Positions 1 to 10,058 are shown, counted from the first letter of the stretch. The stretch: DNA of 64,000 nt from Candidatus Marinacidobacterium sp. (GCA_965204755.1 OZ242011.1:2080001-2144000); one strand, 5' to 3'. Notes: generated by a model not told the origin, from the letters alone. Translations and numbers: made by a program.

Positions 1-2427
1 ACCGGCCTGACCCACCGGTTCACGGTGGCCGCGGAGACGACCGGCCATGTGCGCGTCCGGGCCACGAGCGCCGGGACGAGGAGCGACTGGAGCGAAGCGG
101 TGTCGGGGACGAGCCTCGCGGCGCCGCTGGCGCTCGCCGCGCCGATGCCGCGGGTTTCGGACACCGGGACCGACTTCATCGAGTGGAGTTGGGAAGCCGT
201 GCCGGAGGCGCTGGCTTACGAGGCGCAGGTCAGCGCGACCGAGGACTTCGCCTCGGCGGAGACGGAGCGGGTAACCGGGACGAGCCACCGCGCGGCGGTC
301 GAGCCCTCCACGACCGCGCGCCTGCGGGTCCGCGCGGTCGCGGGGACTTCGGCGGCGCCGATCGTCAGCGACTGGAGCGCGGCCGCGGAAGGGAGCAGCG
401 CCGCGGCGGAAGTCGCGTTCACGGTCAGCCTGCGGCCGCCGGCCGTGAAGGACGACCGGGCCTGCGGCGGCCAGGCGTTCTGCCCGGACGAGGGCAGCGA
501 CCTCGAGACGGCGACCGCGGCGATGAACCGGAGGATGGTCGTGACGAGTTCCACGCCGACGGAGGTCCGGCCGCTCTTCGTCGAGGGCGCCGCCGCGATC
601 ACCGCGTCGGCGGGGGAGAGTTCGCCGTTCGCGTACAGCCGCTGGCCGGCGCTCCAGAAGACGATCGCGATGGAAGGCGTGTCGTTCGCGCTGCGGCGGG
701 TCTCGATGGGCGCCGGCCAGGAGCCGACCCCGACCGGGAACACGCTCTACATCACCTGCGGCCCGTTCCGCTGTTCGGAGGCGGCGGACGAGACGCCGCC
801 GGCCCCGCCGATCACGATCTCGGACTCCGCGGCGTGCTCCGGGTTCGAGCCGGACTTCACGCTGAACCCGGGCATGGCGCTGAACAACAACCCGAACCAG
901 AACAACGGCTTGGACGCGGGCTGGACCTACACCTCGACCGTCCCGGCCACGGTGACGCATGTGTTCGAGGGGATCCCCGGGTCGAACGGGGGCCCGTTCC
1001 GGGTGAAGGGCGCCGCCATCCGGGCGACTTCGACCCCGGCGCCGCTGGACATGAGCCGGAACGACGCGACCGGCGTGAATGTCTTCGGCGGGACGCTCGA
1101 CAACGCTTGGACGAGCACCGGTTTCGGCGTCCAGAACCTGCAGGTAACGACCGCCGGCCCGATCCGCAACGGCGAGGACGACTGCTTCTTCGAGAGCGAG
1201 GACGCGTTCGGCGACCACAAGACCACGAGCGGAGGGTGGCACGCGAACGCCTGGCGGGCCGAGTGGGGGAGTTACGACCTCGTGGGCCGCGATGTCCGCA
1301 AGCCGGAGGAATGCTTCCGCATCATCACCTACGACACCGAAGACTGTTCGGGCAACCGCTGCGAGAACGACAACCCCTCCCGGGCCGACTACCTGCAGGG
1401 GTATTCGATCGAGGTGCAGCCGGAAGCCGCGGTTGCCTGGGCCGGCAGCGCGGTGGACTGGAGCAAGGTGGAGGGGTCGTTCGCCGAACTGGAATGCGAA
1501 CCCGTAACGATCTCCGCCTCGGCCCAGGTGGACATGTGCGACCTGTTCGAAGAGGAAGTGGATCTCTACTGGGGCCAGGGCCGGGTGGCCGACCTCGACG
1601 GGAGACCGGGAAGCGCCGAATTCAAGGTGCGGCCCGTGGTCCTCTTCGGCCGGGGCGAGGTCCCCGGCAGCCACCGGCTCGTCGAACTCAAGGCGACGCG
1701 GAACATGGGGCCGGGCGACTACCTGAATGCGCGGGACGCCGATGCCGCGGACCCGAACAGCGGTTTCTACCGCCCCCGGGGCAGCCGCTTCCTGTCACTC
1801 TGGCTCGCGGAGTTCGGGCCGAGGCAGACCGGAACCTGGATCGAAGCGAATCACGAGGCGCGGAATGTGGGGATCGACGGCACTCCGTGGGACTCGAACC
1901 TCTACTACTCGTCGGGGAACCACGCTTGGGAGTTCCTGGTCCATGGGCGTTGGTACGGGCACCCCAGCGGCCAGTGGATGGCTTGGCCCCAAGACGGCCT
2001 GACCCCTCCCGTTCCCCAGGCGCAGCACAACCAATGGCAGTTCCAGCGGGGAATCGTCGTCTTCCCGATGCAGGACCACGACGCCCATCCGATCCACGGG
2101 GACTTCGGCAAGGTGGACATCAACGGGGACGGCAAGGCGGACAACATGGGCGACGGCGCCGACCGCAACTGCTCGGACGCCGACGGGCCCGGCTGCGATG
2201 TGGACGAACTCGAACTCGACGGCGAAGCGACCTTCTCGCTCTACAAGAACTCCGAGGACTTGGCCTGCCATGTAACCCGGGAGGTCTCCATCACCTGCTC
2301 GTGGGACGCGTCGGGAGACGCGAACCGCTCCGGCCGCGGCGAGATCTGGGCGAACTGGAGCCAGGCCCGGACGAGGGACGACCGCACCACGAACGCGGGC
2401 GACTTCATCAGTTGCCGCGGGAACTGA
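1..2427 (+). CDS. FN3-domain, Cys-rich secreted/lipoprotein, array copy 1 (5' end outside window)
   Basis: Frame open from base 1 (TGLTHRFTVAAETTG...) to TGA 2427; FN3-like motif (FIEWSWEAVPEALAYE..V); highly similar to copies 2 and 3. Confidence 0.85.
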   Translation, partial: TGLTHRFTVAAETTGHVRVRATSAGTRSDWSEAVSGTSLAAPLALAAPMPRVSDTGTDFIEWSWEAVPEALAYEAQVSATEDFASAETERVTGTSHRAAVEPSTTARLRVRAVAGTSAAPIVSDWSAAAEGSSAAAEVAFTVSLRPPAVKDDRACGGQAFCPDEGSDLETATAAMNRRMVVTSSTPTEVRPLFVEGAAAITASAGESSPFAYSRWPALQKTIAMEGVSFALRRVSMGAGQEPTPTGNTLYITCGPFRCSEAADETPPAPPITISDSAACSGFEPDFTLNPGMALNNNPNQNNGLDAGWTYTSTVPATVTHVFEGIPGSNGGPFRVKGAAIRATSTPAPLDMSRNDATGVNVFGGTLDNAWTSTGFGVQNLQVTTAGPIRNGEDDCFFESEDAFGDHKTTSGGWHANAWRAEWGSYDLVGRDVRKPEECFRIITYDTEDCSGNRCENDNPSRADYLQGYSIEVQPEAAVAWAGSAVDWSKVEGSFAELECEPVTISASAQVDMCDLFEEEVDLYWGQGRVADLDGRPGSAEFKVRPVVLFGRGEVPGSHRLVELKATRNMGPGDYLNARDADAADPNSGFYRPRGSRFLSLWLAEFGPRQTGTWIEANHEARNVGIDGTPWDSNLYYSSGNHAWEFLVHGRWYGHPSGQWMAWPQDGLTPPVPQAQHNQWQFQRGIVVFPMQDHDAHPIHGDFGKVDINGDGKADNMGDGADRNCSDADGPGCDVDELELDGEATFSLYKNSEDLACHVTREVSITCSWDASGDANRSGRGEIWANWSQARTRDDRTTNAGDFISCRGN

Positions 2428-2447
2428 CGACCCGGTAGCCGCCGATC

Positions 2448-2480
2448 GGATCCCCCGGGCCGGCGGGCCCCGGGGGATCC
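2448..2480 (+). terminator. GC-rich hairpin downstream of copy 1
   Basis: Perfect 12-bp stem GGATCCCCCGGG / CCCGGGGGATCC; no U-tract; analogous hairpins follow copies 2 and 3. Confidence 0.5.
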
Positions 2481-2516
2481 CCCCTCCGTCGACCCGAGGG
2501 AGGAGCGGTCCCCTGC

Positions 2517-2594
2517 CGGTCTGCTATTTTCCGGCGCCCCGGACGCCGGATGGCCCGGCCGGGCGCTCGCGGCAGGCCGCGTTTCTCGAGGAGA
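2517..2594 (+). promoter_or_regulatory. Putative extended -10 promoter and RBS of copy 2
   Basis: CGGTCTGCTATTTT (TGnTAnnnT), conserved as CGGTCTGCTAACTT before copy 3; GAGGAGA about 5 nt before ATG 2600. Confidence 0.5.
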
Positions 2595-2599
2595 TCACC

Positions 2600-5379
2600 A
2601 TGCGATTTACCCCCCCCCCCCCCCCCCCCCCCCACTTATCGCGCGTCGCGCACCGGCCGCGAAGCGTCTCGCGCCGAAGTGGCCGGCGCTCGTTCTCGCG
2701 TTCGGGTTCCTGACCGTCGGTTGCAGTGAGCAGCAGTCGGCCACCACTCCGGCGCCGGCCCCTCCCCCCGCAGCCGCGCCGGCCGCGCCCACGCTGGGCG
2801 CGCCGGCCGACCTCCGGGTTTCGGCGACCGGCGTGGACTTCATCGAGGTCTCCTGGAGCGCCGTCGAGGGGGCGACCGGTTACGAAGCCCAGTTGAGTCT
2901 TCTCGCCGCCGCGGACTTCACTTCGGTAACGGCGGCGAATGTCACCGGTACGACGCACCGGTTCACGGTGGCCGCGGAGACGACCGGCCATGTGCGCGTC
3001 CGGGCGACGAGCGCCGAGACCCGGAGCGACTGGAGCGAAGCGGTGTCGGGGACCAGCTTCGCCGCGCCGCTGGCGCTCGCGGCGCCGATGCCGCGCGTGT
3101 CGGACACCGGGACGGACTTCATCGAGTGGAGTTGGGAAGCCGTGCCGGAGGCGCTGGCGTACGAAGTACAGGTGAGCGATTCGGAGGATTTCGCTTCGGC
3201 GGAGGCCGAGCGCGTAACCGGGACCAGCCACCGCGCGGCGGTCGAGCCCTCCACCACGGCGCACCTGCGGGTCCGCGCGGTCGCCGGGACCTCGGCGGCG
3301 CCGATCGTCAGCGACTGGAGCGCGGCGGCGGAAGGGAGCAGCGCCGCGGCGGAGATCGCGTTCACGGTGAGCCTGCGGCCGCCGGCCGCGAAGGACGACC
3401 GGGCCTGCAGCGGCCAAGCGTTCTGCCCGGACGAGGGGAGCGACCTCGAGACGGCGACGGCGGCGATGAACCCGCGGATGATCGTGACGAGTTCCACGCC
3501 GGCGGAAGTCCGCCCGCTCTTCGTCGAAGGCGCCGCCGCGATCACGGCGTCCGCCGGGGAGAGTTCGCCGTTCGCGTTCATCCGCTGGCCGGCGCTGCAG
3601 AAGACCGTCGCGATGGAAGGCGTGTCGTTCGCGCTGCGGCGGGTCTCCATGGGCGCCGGCCAGGAGCCGACGCCGACCGGGAACACCCTCTACATCACCT
3701 GCGGCCCGTTCCGCTGTTCCGAGGCGGCCGACGAGGCCCCGCCCGCGCCGCCGATCACGATCTCGGACTCGGCGGCCTGCTCCGGCTTCGAGGCGGACTT
3801 CACGCTGAACCCGGGCATGGCGCTGAACAACAACCCCAACCAGGAAAACGGCCTGGACGCGGGCTGGACCTACACCTCGACCGCCCCGGGCACGGTGACG
3901 CATGTGTTCGAGGGGATCCCGGGCCCCGCCGGAGGCCCGTTCCGGGTGAAGGGCCCCTCCTTCCGGGCGGCTTCCACGCCGACCCCGCTGGACATGAGCC
4001 GGAACGACGCGACGGGCGTGAATGTCTTCGGCGGGACGATAGACAACGACTACGACAACATCGGCGGTTTCGGCGTGCAGAACCTGCAGGTAACGACCGC
4101 CGGCCCGATCCGCAACGGCGAGGACGACTGCTTCTTCGAGAGCGAGGCCGCCTTCGGCGACCACCGGCACGCGAGCGGGGGCTGGCACCCGAACGCCTGG
4201 CGGGCGGAATGGGGGAGTTACGACATCGTGGGCCGCGATGTCCGCAAGCCGGAGGAGTGCTTCCGCATCATCACCTACGACACCGAGGACTGTTCGAGCA
4301 ACAACTGCCAGAACGACCACCCCTCCCGGACCGACTACCTGCAGGGGTATTCGATCGAGGTGCAGCCGGAGGCGGCGGTCGCCTGGGCCGGCAGCGGGGT
4401 GGACTGGAGCAGGGTGGAGGGGTCGTTCGCGGAACTCGAGTGCGAAGGCGTAACGATCTCCGCATCTGACCAGGTGGACATGTGCGAACTGTTCGAGGAG
4501 GAAGTGGACCTCTGGTGGGGTCAGGGCCGGATAGCCGGCCTCGACGGGCGACCGGGGAGCGCCGAGTTCAAGGTGCGGCCGGTGATCTTCTACGACCGGA
4601 GCGACGACACCATTACCGGAAACCGGCTCGTCGAACTCGCGGTTACCCGAAACATGGGGCCGGGCGACCGGTTCCACTTTTCGGACCCCGCCGTCGACGA
4701 TCCGGCCCGGGACATCCACCGCCCCCGGGGGAGCCGCTTCATGTCGCTCTGGCTCGCGGAATTCGGGCCGAGGCAACCGAATGTGGGGACCTGGCACGAG
4801 TGGCATCACGACAACAGCCGAGTGGGGATAGACGGCACGCCGTGGGATGTGAACCTCTACTACCCGGCGAACAACCACGCCTGGCAGGCGGAGGTCTTCG
4901 GGCTCTGGTACGGGCACCCCAGCGGTCAGTGGCAGGCTTGGCCGGCCGCCTCCCTGAGTCCTACGCCCACTGAACCGGACAAATGGTCATTCCAGCGCGG
5001 GGTCGTTACCTTCCCGATGCAGGACATCGACGCCCATCCGATCCACGGGGACTTCGGCAAGGTGGACATCGCCGAGGACGGCAAGGCGGACAACATGGGC
5101 GCCGGCGCCGACCGGAACTGCTCGGACGCCGACGGGCCCGGCTGCGATGTGGACGAACTCACGCTCGAAGGCGAAACGACCTTCTCGCTCTACAAGAACT
5201 CCGAGGACTTGCCCTGCCATGTAACCAAGCAGGTTTCGATCACCTGCTCGTGGGACGCGTCCGGAGACCGGGACCGCTCCGGCCGCGGCACGATCTGGGC
5301 GGACTGGTTTACCGCGTCCAGCGACGCCGACGCGTTCGCCACGAACGCCGGCGACTTCATCACTTGCCGCGGAAACTGA
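2600..5379 (+). CDS. FN3-domain putative lipoprotein, array copy 2; frameshifted (OFF) in poly-C tract
   Basis: ATG 2600 with RBS reads MRFTPPPPPPPH... and stops at TGA 2711-2713; the signal peptide and lipobox (ALVLAFGFLTVGC) and the body to 5379 are in another frame; C22 or C25 would fuse them. Confidence 0.8.
2610..2633 (+). repeat. Poly-C tract, C24
   Basis: Direct count; begins in codon 4 of copy 2. Confidence 0.95.
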
Positions 5380-5395
5380 CGACCCGGTAGCCGCC

Positions 5396-5424
5396 GATCC
5401 CCGGGCCGGGCGGGCCCGGGGATC
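5396..5424 (+). terminator. GC-rich hairpin downstream of copy 2
   Basis: 12-bp stem GATCCCCGGGCC / GGCCCGGGGATC. Confidence 0.5.
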
Positions 5425-5499
5425 CCCCCTCCGGCGCCCGCCGGGCGCCTCCCGGAGGCGCCGGGCCGGTGCGCGGGCCGCTCGGGGCGGTCCTCCGTC

Positions 5500-5577
5500 C
5501 GGTCTGCTAACTTCCGGCGTCCCGCGGGCCGGGTGGCCCGGCTTGGCCTTCCCGGCAGGCCGCGTCTCTCGAGGAGA
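5500..5577 (+). promoter_or_regulatory. Putative extended -10 promoter and RBS of copy 3
   Basis: CGGTCTGCTAACTT and GAGGAGA upstream of ATG 5583, mirroring copy 2. Confidence 0.5.
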
Positions 5578-5582
5578 CCACG

Positions 5583-8360
5583 ATGCGAATTACCCCCCCC
5601 CCCCCCCCCCACTTACGCGCGTCGCGCGCCGGCCGGGAGCGCCCGAGGCTGAAGGCGCCGGCGGCGTGCTTCCTCGCGTTCGCGGTCCTGTCCGTCGGTT
5701 GCAGTGACCAGGAGCCGGCCACCACTCCGGCGCCGGCCCCGGCGCCCGCGCCGGCCGAGCCCACGCTGGGCGCGCCGATGGACCTCCGGGTTTCGGCGAC
5801 CGGCGTGGACTTCATCGAGGTCTCCTGGAGCGCCGTCGAGGGGGCGACCGGCTACGAAGTCCAGTTGAGTCTTCTCGCCGCCGACTTCAGTTCGGTAACG
5901 GCGGCGAATGTCACCGGCACGACGCACCGGTTCACGGTGGCCGCGGAGACGACCGGCCATGTGCGCGTCCGGGCCACGAGCGCCGAGACCCGCAGTGATT
6001 GGAGCGAAGCGGTGTCGGGGACGACCCTCGCGGCGCCGCTGGTGCTCGCCGCGCCGATGCCGCGTGTCTCGGACACCGGGACGGACTTCATCGAGTGGAC
6101 CTGGGAAGCCGTGCCGGAGGCGCTGGCGTACGAAGTACAGGTGAGCGATTCGGAGGATTTCGCTTCGGCGGAGGTCGAGCGCGTAACCGGGACCGGCCAC
6201 CGCGCGGCGGTCGAGCCGTCCACGACGGCGCACCTGCGGGTTCGGGCGGTCGCCGGGACCTCCGCGGCGCCCATCGTCAGCGACTGGAGCGCCGCGGCGG
6301 AAGGAATGAGCGCCGCGGTCGAAGTCGCGTTCACCGTGAGCCTGCGGCCGCCGGCCGCGAAGGACGACCGGGCCTGCGGCGGCCAAGCGTTCTGCCCGGA
6401 CGAGGGGAGCGACCTCGAGACGGCGACCGCGGCGATGAACCCGCGGATGATCGTGACGAGTTCCACGCCGGCGGAAGTCCGCCCGCTCTTCGTCGAAGGC
6501 GCCGCCGCGATCACCGCATCCGCCGGGGGGAGTTCGCCGTTCGCGTTCATCCGCTGGCCGGCGCTGCAGAAGACCGTCGCGATGGAAGGCGTGTCGTTCG
6601 CGCTGCGGCGGGTTTCCATGGGCGCCGGCCAGGAGCCGACGCCGACCGGGAACACGCTCTACATCACCTGCGGCCCGTTCCGCTGTTCCGAGGCGGCCGA
6701 CGAGGCCCCGCCGGCCCCGCCGATCACGATCTCGGACTCCGCGGCCTGCTCCGGCTTCGAGGCGGACTTCACGCTGAACCCGGGCATGGCGCTGAACAAC
6801 AACCCCAACCAGGAGAACGGCCTGGACGCGGGTTGGACTTACACCTCGACCGCCCCGGGCACGGTGACGCATGTGTTCGAGGGGATCCCGGGCCCCGCCG
6901 GAGGCCCGTTCCGGGTGAAGGGCCCCTCCTTCCGGGCGGCTTCCACGCCGACCCCGCTGGACATGAGCCGGAACGACGCGACGGGCGTGAATGTCTTCGG
7001 CGGGACGATAGACAACGACTACGACAACATCGGCGGTTTCGGCGTGCAGAACCTGCAGGTAACGACCGCCGGCCCGATCCGCAACGGCGAGGACGACTGC
7101 TTCTTCGAGAGCGAGGCCGCCTTCGGCGACCACCGGCACTCGAGCGGGGGCTGGCACCCGAACGCCTGGCGGGCCGAATGGGGGAGTTACGACATCGTGG
7201 GCCGCGATGTCCGCAAGCCGGAGGAGTGCTTCCGCATCATCACCTACGACACCGAGGACTGTTCGGGCAACAACTGCCAGAACGACCATCCTTCCCGGAC
7301 CGACTACCTGCAGGGGTATTCGATCGAGGTGCAGCCGGAGGCGGCGGTCGCCTGGGCCGGCAGCGGCGTGGACTGGAGCAGGGTGGAGGGGTCGTTCGCC
7401 GAATTGGAATGCGAGGGCGTAACGATCTCCGCCTCTGACCAGGTGGACATGTGCGACCTGTTCGAGGAGGAAGTGGACCTCTGGTGGGGTCAGGGCCGGA
7501 TCGCCGACCTCGACGGCCGACCGGGGAGCGCCGAGTTCAGGGTGCGGCCGACGATCTTCTACGACCGGAGCGACGACGCCATTCCCGGCGACCGGGTCGT
7601 TGACCTCAGGGTGACGCGGAACCTGGGCCCGGGCGACGCCCTCCATTTTCGGGACGCCGATGCCGCCGACCCGAACCGCGGTATCCACCGTCCCCGGGGC
7701 AGCCGCTTCATGTCGCTCTGGCTCGCGGAATGGGGGCCGAGGCAGACGGGCGGCAACAACCTGGTGGAGGGGAATCACGCGACGGGGCGGGTGGGGATAG
7801 ACGGCACGCCGTGGGACACGAACCTCTATTACTCGTCGGGGCTCCACGCCTGGGAGCAGGAGGTTTACGGGCTCCAGTACGGGCACCGCCGCCGCCAGTG
7901 GCAGGCCTGGCCCGGCGGCCACACCAGGAATCCCTCCATTGCAGCCAACGACCCGGACCACGCTCGCTACTTGTTCCAGCGGGGAATCGTCGTCTTCCCG
8001 ATGCAGGACCACGACGCCCATCCGATCCACGGGGACTTCGGCAAGGTGGACATCAACGGGGACGGCAAGGCGGACAACATGGGCGACGGCGCCGACCGCA
8101 ACTGCTCGGACGACGACGGCCCCGGCTGCGATGTGGACGAACTCGCGCTCGACGGCGAAGCGACCTTCTCGCTCTACCGGAACTCCCGCGACCTGGCCTG
8201 CCATGTAACCCGGGAGGTCTCCATCGCGTGTTCGTGGGACGCTTCGGGGGACCGGAACCGCTCCGGCCGCAGCATCATCTGGGAGAACTACTTCGAAGCC
8301 AGGACGAGCGACGACCGCACCACCAACGCCGGCGACTTCATCACTTGCCGCGGAAACTGA
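5583..8360 (+). CDS. FN3-domain putative lipoprotein, array copy 3 (in frame, 925 aa)
   Basis: MRITPPPPPH; signal peptide ending LSVGC; Pro/Ala linker; two FN3-like repeats; Cys-rich body; DINGDGKAD Ca-binding-like motif. Confidence 0.9.
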   Translation: MRITPPPPPHLRASRAGRERPRLKAPAACFLAFAVLSVGCSDQEPATTPAPAPAPAPAEPTLGAPMDLRVSATGVDFIEVSWSAVEGATGYEVQLSLLAADFSSVTAANVTGTTHRFTVAAETTGHVRVRATSAETRSDWSEAVSGTTLAAPLVLAAPMPRVSDTGTDFIEWTWEAVPEALAYEVQVSDSEDFASAEVERVTGTGHRAAVEPSTTAHLRVRAVAGTSAAPIVSDWSAAAEGMSAAVEVAFTVSLRPPAAKDDRACGGQAFCPDEGSDLETATAAMNPRMIVTSSTPAEVRPLFVEGAAAITASAGGSSPFAFIRWPALQKTVAMEGVSFALRRVSMGAGQEPTPTGNTLYITCGPFRCSEAADEAPPAPPITISDSAACSGFEADFTLNPGMALNNNPNQENGLDAGWTYTSTAPGTVTHVFEGIPGPAGGPFRVKGPSFRAASTPTPLDMSRNDATGVNVFGGTIDNDYDNIGGFGVQNLQVTTAGPIRNGEDDCFFESEAAFGDHRHSSGGWHPNAWRAEWGSYDIVGRDVRKPEECFRIITYDTEDCSGNNCQNDHPSRTDYLQGYSIEVQPEAAVAWAGSGVDWSRVEGSFAELECEGVTISASDQVDMCDLFEEEVDLWWGQGRIADLDGRPGSAEFRVRPTIFYDRSDDAIPGDRVVDLRVTRNLGPGDALHFRDADAADPNRGIHRPRGSRFMSLWLAEWGPRQTGGNNLVEGNHATGRVGIDGTPWDTNLYYSSGLHAWEQEVYGLQYGHRRRQWQAWPGGHTRNPSIAANDPDHARYLFQRGIVVFPMQDHDAHPIHGDFGKVDINGDGKADNMGDGADRNCSDDDGPGCDVDELALDGEATFSLYRNSRDLACHVTREVSIACSWDASGDRNRSGRSIIWENYFEARTSDDRTTNAGDFITCRGN
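5593..5610 (+). repeat. Poly-C tract, C18
   Basis: Direct count; in frame. Confidence 0.95.
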
Positions 8361-8380
8361 CGACCCGGTAGCCGCGGAAT

Positions 8381-8415
8381 CGGGTCCCCCGGGCCGCCCG
8401 GCTCGGGGGATCCCG
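8381..8415 (+). terminator. Imperfect GC-rich hairpin downstream of copy 3
   Basis: TCCCCCGGGCCG...CGGCTCGGGGGA; lies between convergent genes. Confidence 0.4.
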
Positions 8416-8447
8416 CGCCTCCCCGGAGGGGCCCGGTGAAGTCCGAA

Positions 8448-9050
8448 CTATGTGACGGGGCGGCGGTTCGCCGGCGGGTGCGCGGTGTCCCCGGCGAGCA
8501 GCCGGAGCGCGTGCGGGATCGTCGGCCCGAGCGTCCGCAGCCCGCTGGCCACCGCCCGCGGGCTCCCCGGCAGGACGACGACCAGCGCCGCGCCGACCGT
8601 TCCGGCGAAACTCCGGGCCAGCACCGCCATCGGCGTCTCCGCGAGCCCCTCCGCCCGCAGTCGTTCGCCGTAGCCGGGGACTTCCCGGTCGAGCAGCGGC
8701 CGCACCGCTTCGGGCGTCCGGTCCCGGGGGCCGAGCCCGGTCCCCCCGGTGGTGAGCACCAGCCGCGCGCCGGCCTCGAGGAACCCCCGGACGCCCTCCC
8801 GGATCGCCTCGACTTCGTCCGGCGCCACCGTCGAGGCGATGACCTCGAACCCGGCCCCCGCCAGCCACTCGCGGGCGACCGCCCCCGACCGGTCCGGCAC
8901 GACCCCGGCGGCGCACCCGTCGCTCGCGGTCAACACCGCCGCCGGAATGCGCCCCCCGGCGGCTCCCTCCGGTCTCGCCGCGACGGCCGCCTTCGGCGCC
9001 GCCTCCGCCGGCGTCCCGCCGCCCGGAGATTCGTTCGACGATCCGTTCAC
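8448..9050 (-). CDS. mog: Molybdopterin adenylyltransferase, MogA/MoaB family
   Basis: VLTASD, DRSG, LVLTTGGTGLGPRDRTPEA, LPGSPRAV motifs; start uncertain. Confidence 0.85.
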   Translation of the reverse strand: MNGSSNESPGGGTPAEAAPKAAVAARPEGAAGGRIPAAVLTASDGCAAGVVPDRSGAVAREWLAGAGFEVIASTVAPDEVEAIREGVRGFLEAGARLVLTTGGTGLGPRDRTPEAVRPLLDREVPGYGERLRAEGLAETPMAVLARSFAGTVGAALVVVLPGSPRAVASGLRTLGPTIPHALRLLAGDTAHPPANRRPVT

Positions 9051-9104
9051 GGCGGGGGCGCGGGGGGGCTTGCGTCAGAATAGCCCGCTCCCCTCTTTCC
9101 CCCC

Positions 9105-10058
9105 ATGATGTTCCGGCCTCCCGGCGCCCTCCGCCGGCGCCGCCGGACGGCGTTCCTCCTCTGCTTCGCCGCCGGCGCCGCGGCCCTCGCCGGGGCGGTC
9201 GCCGCCGCCGCGCCGCTCCTCCGGCAGGCCTACCAGTTCCGCGTAACGGTGGACCTGATCTCGCTGAATGTGACGGTCACCGATTCCCGCGACCGGTTCA
9301 TCACCGACCTCCTCGAAGAGGACTTCTCGGTGTACGAAGACGGCATCCTCCAGGAGATCGAGGCGTTCTCCCGCGAAGACCTGCCCATCCGCATGGTGCT
9401 CCTGCTCGACACCTCCGCGAGCATGGTGGACAAGATGCACTTCGCGCAGGAAGCCGCGGTGCGGTTCACGAAGACGCTGCGGATGGAAGACCTCGCGCAG
9501 GTGGTCGAGTTCGGCAGCCACGCCAACATCCTGCAGCAGTTCACCGCGGACCAGCGGGAGTTGGAAGACGCCATCCGGCTGACGCAGGCCGGCGGCACCA
9601 CGAAACTCCACAACGCGATGTACATCTCGCTGCGCTCGCTGGAGCGGCGGCGCATGGAAGCGCGGCGGCAGGCGATCATCCTCCTCTCCGACGGCCGGGA
9701 CACGAGTTCCCTGGTTACCTTCGAGCAGGTGCTCGACCTGACCAAGGACACCGATGTGGTGGTGTACACGATTTCCCTGCAGAACACCGCCCGGCGCCGG
9801 GGCCGCCGGTTCTCCGAAGCGGAACATGTGCTCAAGAACCTCGCCGAGGAAACCGGCGGCCAATGGTTCTTCCCGGCGGCGCTCGAAGAGTTGGAATCGG
9901 TGTACGACCGCATCGCCGAGGAATTGAAGAGCCAGTACAATGTGGGTTACATCTCGAACAACCCGCGGCGCGACGGGACCTGGCGGCGGATCGTGGTGCA
10001 GACGAACCGCCCCGACCTGCGGGTTCGCGCCAAACTCGGCTACTACGCGCCGGGTTAG
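9105..10058 (+). CDS. Secreted VWA-domain protein (Acidobacteria-type)
   Basis: FRVTVDLISLNVTVTD, MIDAS DTSASM, LLSDGRD, C-terminal RAKLGYYAP. Confidence 0.85.
   Translation: MMFRPPGALRRRRRTAFLLCFAAGAAALAGAVAAAAPLLRQAYQFRVTVDLISLNVTVTDSRDRFITDLLEEDFSVYEDGILQEIEAFSREDLPIRMVLLLDTSASMVDKMHFAQEAAVRFTKTLRMEDLAQVVEFGSHANILQQFTADQRELEDAIRLTQAGGTTKLHNAMYISLRSLERRRMEARRQAIILLSDGRDTSSLVTFEQVLDLTKDTDVVVYTISLQNTARRRGRRFSEAEHVLKNLAEETGGQWFFPAALEELESVYDRIAEELKSQYNVGYISNNPRRDGTWRRIVVQTNRPDLRVRAKLGYYAPG

Noticed and set aside
1-8360. Diversity-generating retroelement acting on the FN3 array
   Set aside because: No reverse transcriptase or template repeat in the window; differences include indels and all base types, not adenine-specific changes
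2425-8415. Repeated intergenic palindromes as CRISPR repeats or integron attC sites
   Set aside because: Spaced about 3 kb apart as part of whole-gene duplications; no cas or integrase; no convincing RYYYAAC/GTTRRRY ends
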